Origin: an uncultured Acidobacteriaceae bacterium
Lineage (GTDB): Bacteria; Acidobacteriota; Terriglobia; Terriglobales; Acidobacteriaceae
Assembly (NCBI GenBank): GCA_963750415.1
Contig: CAVVQX010000005.1
Coordinates: forward strand, 423,695 to 487,694
Direction of reading: 5' to 3'
DNA length: 64,000 nt
The translations under genes and the position numbers were made by a program. The notes beneath the pieces were generated by a model. It had not been told where the DNA came from and ran no database searches. It saw only the letters and a program-made list of their open reading frames with translations. Shown here one piece after another: positions 18,295 through 26,253 of the stretch (positions are counted from its first letter, which is position 1; each line of letters starts with the position of its first letter).

Positions 18295-18840
18295 CTTCGT
18301 TAAGAGTGACTGTGGCTCGAAGAGCATGACTTGACGCAGTGAGTTTTTCCGCAGCGGCCGCTGAGGGAGCGATTTCTCGTCAATCGAGACTTTTTCCGCA
18401 GCCTGTTTAGCCGCGGAGGTACGCTTTTCGAGACCCATACGGTGTAATCAACTCTTTCGCGTCTGAGTTCGCGACAGACGATTGGAGCGACGTACCTCAG
18501 GGGCTAAAGAGTCTGCGTGAAAACTCGAAAATCACGCAATATTCGTATTGATTTCGGGTACTTATCAACACACAATCGTATTGATTTTGCCCGAAAATCC
18601 TGGCTCTCACGCAGACTCTAAAGCCCTCATCAACCCAGCCATTTATGGCACGGCTCAAGCCGTCCCCTTCGTTCAGAGTTGTTTTCGTAGGGGCGCAGAG
18701 AGCGAAGCGGATGGATCCCCGCGCCGTTCTGTTTCGAACAGTCGCGTGCGCGAATCTTGCAGCTACGAAATAAGCGGACACGTGTTGGACACTCACATCT
18801 GTCAAGATGGGAACTTCGAACGTTAACCGACAGTCAGCAG

Positions 18841-21800
18841 CTATTTTTTCCAGCGATTCGATTCGTCATACATCGCTTTGAAGTCGGTTCGGTTCATTAT
18901 TTTCTCCGCACCTGGTTCGGTGCGGATTGCGTCCAGCGAGCTGGCCGCCTCGGTGTAGTATTCACCCGCACGGCCGTCGCTGCCGCTCAGTGTTACTGAC
19001 GTGCCCAACAGATAGTAGATCCGGGCCAAGGCAAACCGGACTCCGGCCCGCTGCGCGTTTGCCAGCTCCTGCTCCAGATCGTGGTTTGCAGCCGCGTAAT
19101 TCTTCTCTCCAATCTCGGACTGCGCCTTGGCGAGACTGATTTCCAGCGACAGGTTCGCGTTGATGGCGCCTTTCGTATTGAGCAGGGCCTCCAACGTGCG
19201 GAGTGCTTCTTGAAACTGACCCTGTGCTACTCGGATCTTTGCTACATTCAGCTTTGATAAGAGCGTTTCCTCGTTTGCCTTCGTCCGAGAGGCGAGCCGT
19301 AGGGCCGCATCGTAAAGCTGGGAAGCGTTCTTGAGATCACCACGGTAGAAGGCGATGTCGCCTTGAGTGCTCAAGATAGCAGCCTGCAAAACATCGTTTT
19401 TCAGAGCGCGCTGAATTGTCTCTGCTTCCTCGAGCGACTTGGCTGCGTCGTCAAATCTTCCTGCCCGAGCCAACGCACCCGACAAATCAGTCAGAGCTTC
19501 GGCCATGCTAAGGCCGTTTTCCCCTTGATTGTGAAATGCGTTCACTGCATCCTGCAGAGACTTCACCGCCGCGCCAAACCGACCTTGAAATCCAAGGACC
19601 AGACCGATCTGGCGAGAAACAACCGCGATCAGACCGCCATCGCCCACTTTGCGACCTAACTCAAGAGCCCGCATCAGTGCTGTCATCGCCTGGTCGTACT
19701 GCCCAGTGACGGTATACGCCTCGCTCAAGCCCTCGAGTGTAGCCGCGATATCGCCCGGAACACCAAGCTTTTCCCGTAATTGCAAGGCTTGCTGGGAATA
19801 GGTGAAGGCGTTGTTGGTGTCGCCCATCGCCAGGTAGACGCCGGCGATATTGTCGAGGCACTGTGATTCGTAGCTCCGGTTACCGGTTTCTCGCTGGATC
19901 TGCAGGGCCTGCTTGTAAACATCGAGCGCCAGATCAAATTTTCCGAGATCCTGGTAAACCGCCCCCAGATTCGTCAGGGCGAGGGCCGTTCCGTCCTTCA
20001 TGCCAATCGCACGCAACAGGACTAGCGCCTTGTTATAACTGGCGATCGCGGCATCGGGTTTTCCAGTCGTCCTCTGGACGGTTCCCATCTCGTTCAGCGC
20101 CGCAGCCACGCCCCTCTTCTGACCGATTTTCTCGTTGACAGCTATGGACTGTTGATAGTTGAGCAGCGCTTGCTCCGGTTTATCGAGCAAGCGGTAAGAG
20201 ATTCCTATCGAGAGCAGGATCAGCCCTTGCTGCTCCTGATTGTCTACCTGGTTGGCAAGATTTAACCCACGGGTAAGCGAGTCGAGGGCTGCCTGCGGAT
20301 TGCCGGTAAGGTTATCGACTACGCCCAAACTCCACAACGCCTTGATATTTTTGGGATCGGTTTCGAGCACGCCTTTGAATTCGGCGCGGGCTTTGTCGTA
20401 CTGGCTGCTTTGCAGGTAGAGGCTGCCCAACGCATATTGGACATCCACGTCGCCCGGCGAGCTTTTCAAGAGATTTTCGTAGGCTTCGCGCGCCTTTTTA
20501 TTGTCCTTCATGATCCGCGCGTTGCTGGCGTTGATCAGGTACTTCTCCGGCAAGGGCAGGTTCTGGTTGTGAGCGAGATCGGCTGCACGGATGGAGGACT
20601 GCTCAGCATCGCTCTGATAGCCCAACTCGAACTGAGTATCCGCCAGTTTGGAAAATGCCAGAGCAAATTGCGGATCTTGATTGGTTGCGGCCTGCAGGTG
20701 CTTCAAGGCATCGAGATACTTGCCCGCGCGCATAAGCACGGTTCCCTCATCGTACTCACGCAAAGCATCGACAGATTTGGAATTTGGCTTGAAGGATTGC
20801 GCTTTCAATTCCTCGACTACATCGGCGGAGAGCGAAAGGTTCTTACGCACAGACTCAGCGAGGCTGTCGATAGCGGTAGGCAGATCTTTAACCAACGCCT
20901 GCGCCTTGACGGGCACAGTTTGGTCGTGCACCAGGTCACGAATGGTGGCATCGATAACGATCTGATCACCGAAGCGTGCATATTGCCCAGAGACCAAAAT
21001 GTCAGCATTGCTGAACTGGGCCACACGCCGCAGCATGTCCGGATCGACCGCGGTCTCGGGACCGACCCGCAGGTCGGAAAGCACCTGATGCAACCGATCG
21101 ATAGGCACCGTGTGCAGATGCGCCGATTGGCCGATGTCGGTACTCAGCATATCCGCCACACTGGAGCCAATCCAGTCGTCTTTGGGGTCGCCGGACGAAT
21201 TGCGAAAAGGCAAAATCGCCAGGGATCTTGGCCGTACGGCGGTCACTGACTGTTTTGCCTCTGGCGCAGGGCCCGTTCTCGGGCGTGTGAGGAAATAGGT
21301 CAGGGCCGCGATCAGTAGCAATACCAGGCCGGCCGCACCGGCAAGCAACCGTTTGTTCTCGTCCGCCCACCGGCGAGGGCCGGGCCGAAGCCGGGCGGCG
21401 ATGATGCCCGACCGGCCGGTGCCCGCCCAAAGCTCAAGGTCGGCCAGCAGTTCCGCCGCGGACTGGTATCTGAGAGCTACATCCCGTTCCAGGCAGCGGT
21501 TCACGATCTGGCTCAACTCTGGGGGGATGCTCTTGTCGAATTCCGAAACGGGAACGACCCGCTCCTGGGTACGCTTGATCAGGCTGGCCAGCGCACTGTC
21601 GGCGCGGAAGGGCGTCTGCCCGGTCAGCAATTCATAGAAAATCAATCCCAGGGAAAAGATATCGGAGCGTTGGTCCAGGTTCCCGGCCAGCGCCTGCTCG
21701 GGCGACATGTATTCCATGGTGCCGACCATGGCGCCGGTTTGCGTCATGCGGTTGCCTTCGAGCGTCTTGGCAAGGCCAAAATCCATGACCAGGATGCGGC

Positions 21801-22482
21801 TGGTCCCCGTTTCCCGCATGATGTTCTGCGGCTTCAGATCGCGGTGGATGACGCCGACGTTGTGCGCGGCCTCAAGCGCCCGGCACACCTGCTCAATGAT
21901 GGCGACGGCTTCCTGCGGGGGAACTTTGGTCCGCTGATGGATGATCGCGGCGAGATCCTCGCCCTCGACATGCTCCATCGTGATGAACTTTATTCCCTCC
22001 GCTTCGCCGAGATCGTAGATGCGGACGACGTTGCGATGGGTGACCTGGGTGGCAAGGATCAGTTCCTGCTTGAAGCGGTCGAGAATGGCCCGGTTACGGG
22101 CCAGATCCGGGCGAATCACTTTGAGGGCGACCATGCGGCCGAGCTCAACATCCCTGGCTTTGTAAACTGCGCCCATCCCGCCTTCGCCCAGCAGGCTCAA
22201 TATCTCGTAGCGCTGCGCCAGCAGATGGCCGGAAGTCAGGACGTGTTGTCCCGTCTCGGTATAGCCGCCAGATATCAGCTGGGACATACTTCCCAGGGAT
22301 ACGTTTCCTACGATGGTAGGACTGTCACCGGGGTTGACGGCTGGAGCGCCGAAGATGGTATCGGCATCGCTGGGGATGCGAACGTTGGCAGAGGAGCTTT
22401 CACCCTTTACCGGGGCGCGCACTCCCCCATTGCCTGGCTTTGAGGCATCTTGCCCGGGAGGATTTCCTCCTTCTTCTCGCAT
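18841..22482 (-). CDS. Ser/Thr protein kinase with TM segment, TolB-N-like module and long TPR array
   Basis: Hanks kinase motifs GEGGMGAVYKA, VALK, HRDLKPQN, DFGLA, SPEQ. Followed by LAILPFRNSSGDPKDDWIG and more than 15 TPR-like repeats. 1213 aa. Confidence 0.9.
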   Translation of the reverse strand: MREEGGNPPGQDASKPGNGGVRAPVKGESSSANVRIPSDADTIFGAPAVNPGDSPTIVGNVSLGSMSQLISGGYTETGQHVLTSGHLLAQRYEILSLLGEGGMGAVYKARDVELGRMVALKVIRPDLARNRAILDRFKQELILATQVTHRNVVRIYDLGEAEGIKFITMEHVEGEDLAAIIHQRTKVPPQEAVAIIEQVCRALEAAHNVGVIHRDLKPQNIMRETGTSRILVMDFGLAKTLEGNRMTQTGAMVGTMEYMSPEQALAGNLDQRSDIFSLGLIFYELLTGQTPFRADSALASLIKRTQERVVPVSEFDKSIPPELSQIVNRCLERDVALRYQSAAELLADLELWAGTGRSGIIAARLRPGPRRWADENKRLLAGAAGLVLLLIAALTYFLTRPRTGPAPEAKQSVTAVRPRSLAILPFRNSSGDPKDDWIGSSVADMLSTDIGQSAHLHTVPIDRLHQVLSDLRVGPETAVDPDMLRRVAQFSNADILVSGQYARFGDQIVIDATIRDLVHDQTVPVKAQALVKDLPTAIDSLAESVRKNLSLSADVVEELKAQSFKPNSKSVDALREYDEGTVLMRAGKYLDALKHLQAATNQDPQFALAFSKLADTQFELGYQSDAEQSSIRAADLAHNQNLPLPEKYLINASNARIMKDNKKAREAYENLLKSSPGDVDVQYALGSLYLQSSQYDKARAEFKGVLETDPKNIKALWSLGVVDNLTGNPQAALDSLTRGLNLANQVDNQEQQGLILLSIGISYRLLDKPEQALLNYQQSIAVNEKIGQKRGVAAALNEMGTVQRTTGKPDAAIASYNKALVLLRAIGMKDGTALALTNLGAVYQDLGKFDLALDVYKQALQIQRETGNRSYESQCLDNIAGVYLAMGDTNNAFTYSQQALQLREKLGVPGDIAATLEGLSEAYTVTGQYDQAMTALMRALELGRKVGDGGLIAVVSRQIGLVLGFQGRFGAAVKSLQDAVNAFHNQGENGLSMAEALTDLSGALARAGRFDDAAKSLEEAETIQRALKNDVLQAAILSTQGDIAFYRGDLKNASQLYDAALRLASRTKANEETLLSKLNVAKIRVAQGQFQEALRTLEALLNTKGAINANLSLEISLAKAQSEIGEKNYAAANHDLEQELANAQRAGVRFALARIYYLLGTSVTLSGSDGRAGEYYTEAASSLDAIRTEPGAEKIMNRTDFKAMYDESNRWKK

Positions 22483-22652
22483 GACTCAGCGGCCCCAGCC
22501 CCGCAATCAGGGTGCAGATTCATTCCAGTGCGGCGGATAATCGCAGTATATAGTGACTGCGTTCGATCGCCTGTTTCATCTGCAGGCTTGGGTGACACTG
22601 GTACCAACTGGCCAATAAGCCCTTATACTTGCAAATGAACCCAGGGGTGGGC

Positions 22653-22690
22653 GGATACATCTCGCTCGTTTTGCGAGATGTGGGATACCC
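22653..22690. repeat. Single hairpin unit of the hairpin-dimer repeat family
   Basis: GGATACATCTCGCTCGTTTTGCGAGATGTGGGATACC, same core as the arms at 51153-51296. Confidence 0.7.
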
Positions 22691-22838
22691 AGGGTCCATT
22701 CAGGGGTGAATATTTTCAGGCGCTCGTAAGCGTAGCACGCAGCAAGATTCGGCCCTTCGCCACGCGACCAAGCGCAGCAAAGTCCTGGGAGGGGTTTAAC
22801 CCCGTCGCCGACGGACATAAGAGAACGCTGTTGAAAAG

Positions 22839-23129
22839 CTAAATTCCGGTGCCGTAATCTGCTGCGCAGACACTATCCCCGGCATGCGAGAAGAAATCGT
22901 ACTGGGTGCGGTGGTTGAATTTATAACGCGCACGCAACTCGCGACCGATGTAGAGACCCAAAGCGGCAATTCCGACAGCAAGTGAAGTCCAGCCAACAAT
23001 CCACATTGCAGACCCTTCTTCCTGGGGGGAAGAGATTTCCGTCGACTGCCCGGAATGTTGTAGCCCGTAAATGTCGTTACTATCCATGTACTCCATGCCG
23101 AAATAATAGCGCAGGTTGATGACAATCAC
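22839..23129 (-). CDS. Small hypothetical membrane protein (one TM segment)
   Basis: ORF directly downstream of add on the same strand. WIVGWTSLAVGIAALGLYIG is hydrophobic. Start uncertain (GTG 23129 or ATG 23096) and no SD seen. Confidence 0.4.
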   Translation of the reverse strand: MIVINLRYYFGMEYMDSNDIYGLQHSGQSTEISSPQEEGSAMWIVGWTSLAVGIAALGLYIGRELRARYKFNHRTQYDFFSHAGDSVCAADYGTGI

Positions 23130-23156
23130 GTAGTTACGGTGGGCGACACCAAAGGG

Positions 23157-24185
23157 CTATTTCACCTGCTCAATTTGATGCAGGAGAGCGACCTTTCGTG
23201 CCGCGGGAAGAAAGCTGGCTTCAATAGAATTAGACGCCAATTCGCGCAAATGTTCTTCAGTAAAGCCAAACGCCTCATGGGCCAGGCGATATTCGTCCTG
23301 AAGATCGCTCAGGAACATCGCCGGATCGTCGGAATTGAGTGTGATCATGAGGCCGGCATCGAAATAACGACGGATCGGATGCTCCTCGAGCCTGGGACAA
23401 CAACCGGTTCGCAAATTGGAGGTGACACAAATCTCGAGGGGAACCTGGCGTTCGGCCAGCACCTCCATCAGATCCGGGTCCAGTTGGGCCGACAACCCAT
23501 GGCCGATGCGCTCGGCGCCAATATTGATCGCCGCCCAGATGCTCTCAGGACCCACGGTTTCGCCCGCATGCGCAGTCAGGCGAAGGCCGGCATCCTGCGC
23601 TTCCTGAAAGAGCTCACGGAAGGGCTCAGCGCCTGCCCGCCGTTCATCTCCGCCGATCCCGATGCCGATCACGCTGGGTGAATCACGCCGCAATTCCGCT
23701 GCTTTGCGAAAAACGCGGGCCGCCTCCTCTGGGCCAAAGTGCCGCACTGCGTCGAAAATCCAATAGAGGGTGATCCCAAATTGACGCTCAGCCCGGACGC
23801 GGGCCGCTTCCATCCCGTAAAAAAGGCCTTCAAACTCGATGCGCCTCCAGTAGTAGACGACGCCTACCGAGACATACACCTCAGCATGCACCACACCCTG
23901 GGCCGCCAAACGCTCCAGCATGCGAAAGGTAATCAGTTCGTAGTCCGCCGCGGTGCGCAAACGCTCGCTGACCGCTTTAAACGCCAACAGGAAACCGGTG
24001 AAATCGGTGTAGCGATAAAGTGCCCTGGCCTGGGCAAGCGTCAGCCGCTCGCCGTCGTGCCTCTGGCTCAACTCAACCAGGGTTTCCGGGGACACGGTCC
24101 CCTCCAGGTGCAGATGGAGTTCCGCTTTGGGGAGCCCACGAAACCAGGTGGCCGCGATCCGGCGCGAGGTGGCATTGCGTGTCAT
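23157..24185 (-). CDS. add: Adenosine deaminase
   Basis: LPKAELHLHLEGT ... HAGE ... TLNSDDPAMF metal-ligand motifs. The ATGA overlap with the upstream permease suggests an operon. Confidence 0.9.
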   Translation of the reverse strand: MTRNATSRRIAATWFRGLPKAELHLHLEGTVSPETLVELSQRHDGERLTLAQARALYRYTDFTGFLLAFKAVSERLRTAADYELITFRMLERLAAQGVVHAEVYVSVGVVYYWRRIEFEGLFYGMEAARVRAERQFGITLYWIFDAVRHFGPEEAARVFRKAAELRRDSPSVIGIGIGGDERRAGAEPFRELFQEAQDAGLRLTAHAGETVGPESIWAAINIGAERIGHGLSAQLDPDLMEVLAERQVPLEICVTSNLRTGCCPRLEEHPIRRYFDAGLMITLNSDDPAMFLSDLQDEYRLAHEAFGFTEEHLRELASNSIEASFLPAARKVALLHQIEQVK

Positions 24186-25720
24186 GAAAGGGACGAAAAC
24201 TCGCTGTGCTTGCGGCTATATAGAAAATAGATGACCAACCCAATTATCAGCCACGCGAAAAAACGCAGCCACGTAATCACCGGCAGACCCGACATGAGCA
24301 GGGTGCAAAAAAAGAGGCTCAGGATGGGTACGGAAATTCCGCCGGGCGCGCGGAACCCACGACGCCGGTCGGGCTCACGAAAGCGCAGGATCAGGACCCC
24401 GATCGAGACCAGGACAAACGCGAAGAGGGTGCCGATATTCGATAGGTCGGCCAGGGTACCGATATCCAGCAGCCCGCTGGGAATCGCCACCAGGAAGCCG
24501 GCAACCCAGGTGGCCACCGCGGGGGTGCGATAACGGCGGTGTACCTTGCCGAACCAGCGGGGGAAAAGGCGGTCGCGGGACATGGCAAACCAGACCCGTG
24601 CCTGTCCCAGCTGGAAAACCAGGATGGAGGAGATCATGCCCATCATGGCGCCGCAGAGCACGATCAACCGCACCCAACTCAGCGTCGCAGAGCCTGTCGC
24701 ATGGCTTAGCTTCTTCAGGGTGTTGACCACCGGCGCGGCGTCGTCCACCAGCGTCTGCCATGGGATCAGGCCGGTGAGCACGACGGCTACGCCGATATAG
24801 AGCAGGGTGCAGACAACCAGGGTGGCCAGAATGCCGATGGGGACATCGCGCTGCGGACGGTGACACTCTTCCGCCGCAGTCGACACCGAATCAAAACCAA
24901 TGTAGGTAAAGAAAATGATGCTGCCGCCGGTGAGTACGCCGGACCAACCATTAGGGAAAAACGGGTGCCAATGCGCGGGATGAATGAAGCGGGAGCCCAC
25001 GACCACAAACACCAGAATGGCGCTGATCTTAAGCAGAACCATGATGTTGTTGGTCCCCGCGGACTCGCGGATACCTCTTACCAGCACAATGGTCAGGATC
25101 AGCACGATGAGAAATGCGGGAAAGTTGAAACCCAGGTGCCAACCCGCCTTGTAGATCGTGTTGCCCTGAAGATCGCTGAGGCCGGAGGGCAGAAAAGCGG
25201 GCGAAATCCAACGCGCACTGGGATGCACGCCGAACCAGTCCATGAAATCGACGATGTGGGCGGCAAAGCCGACGCACACCGCCATATTGCTGACGGCGTA
25301 CTCCAGGATGAGATCCCAACCGATGATCCAGGCGACTAATTCTCCCATGGTGGCGTAGGTGTAGGTGTACGCGCTGCCCGCGATGGGAATCATGGATGCC
25401 AGTTCGGCATAGCAAAGCCCAGTGAACGCGCAAACGATGGCCACCAACATGATGGAAAAAGCCAGGGCCGGCCCGGCTCCCGGACGGCCTGCCAACGCGT
25501 GGTGATTGACCAGGTAATCCAGTAAGGGAGTGTTCAGGATGGAGGAAGTGTCAAATTTTTCGCCCGCAATGGCGGTGCCGATTACGGTGAAGATGCCCGA
25601 ACCAATAACGGCGCCAATGCCGAGCGCGGTCAGCGACCAGGGTCCGAGCGTTTTCTTCAGACAGTGCTCAGGAAGCTCCGAGTCGCTGATCAGCTTGTCG
25701 ATCGATTTGGTTGCGAACAA
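24182..25720 (-). CDS. APC-superfamily amino acid permease
   Basis: 512 aa with about 12-14 hydrophobic segments and the typical GIGAVIGSGIF motif near the N-terminus. Confidence 0.9.
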   Translation of the reverse strand: MFATKSIDKLISDSELPEHCLKKTLGPWSLTALGIGAVIGSGIFTVIGTAIAGEKFDTSSILNTPLLDYLVNHHALAGRPGAGPALAFSIMLVAIVCAFTGLCYAELASMIPIAGSAYTYTYATMGELVAWIIGWDLILEYAVSNMAVCVGFAAHIVDFMDWFGVHPSARWISPAFLPSGLSDLQGNTIYKAGWHLGFNFPAFLIVLILTIVLVRGIRESAGTNNIMVLLKISAILVFVVVGSRFIHPAHWHPFFPNGWSGVLTGGSIIFFTYIGFDSVSTAAEECHRPQRDVPIGILATLVVCTLLYIGVAVVLTGLIPWQTLVDDAAPVVNTLKKLSHATGSATLSWVRLIVLCGAMMGMISSILVFQLGQARVWFAMSRDRLFPRWFGKVHRRYRTPAVATWVAGFLVAIPSGLLDIGTLADLSNIGTLFAFVLVSIGVLILRFREPDRRRGFRAPGGISVPILSLFFCTLLMSGLPVITWLRFFAWLIIGLVIYFLYSRKHSEFSSLS

Positions 25721-25782
25721 TTGCTTTCGCAGCGTCTCGGCTCCTTAAGAGCGAATTTCCTACTAGAACTAGTGTAAGGAAA

Positions 25783-26074
25783 CAGCAGGTCCCTCCACTT
25801 CGCTACGCTCCGGTCCCACGGCAGGCCGGGGCAGGCGGGATGACAAGTTTGTTCTTCACGAGACTTAAGCGACAGGACGATCAATTTTCAGCAATAGATT
25901 TGTCATCCCGCCTGCCCCGGCCTGCCGTGGGACCGGAGCGTACCCGGATTTCCTGCCACGCAACACTGGACCCAGCCGCGTTTGCGCCTTTCTTTTAAGG
26001 AGAGGCGCATGAGTTTTGCCAACGCCACCAAGCTCCACAGGAAATCCGGGGTAGCGGAGTGGAGGGACCTGCTG
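25783..26074. repeat. TIR-bounded palindromic element related to 7299-7760
   Basis: Ends CAGCAGGTCCCTCCACTTCGCTAC (25783-25806) and GTAGCGGAGTGGAGGGACCTGCTG (26051-26074). Internal hairpin 25807-25939 with a roughly 40-bp stem ending GGGATGACAA / TTGTCATCCC. Confidence 0.8.
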
Positions 26075-26253
26075 TCCCTGCAACCTTAGCGCTTGCTTTG
26101 ACCTCGAGTCAGCTTCTTGGTCTTCTTCTTGTTGGAACCTCGGGGTGTGGTACGCGCGGCTTTGGGTGCAGCTTTCTTGCGCGCCGTGCGCTTGATCTTT
26201 TTCCGTTCCAACTTGTCTTCAATGTTCCTGGTATTGGCCATTATCTTCCTTGT

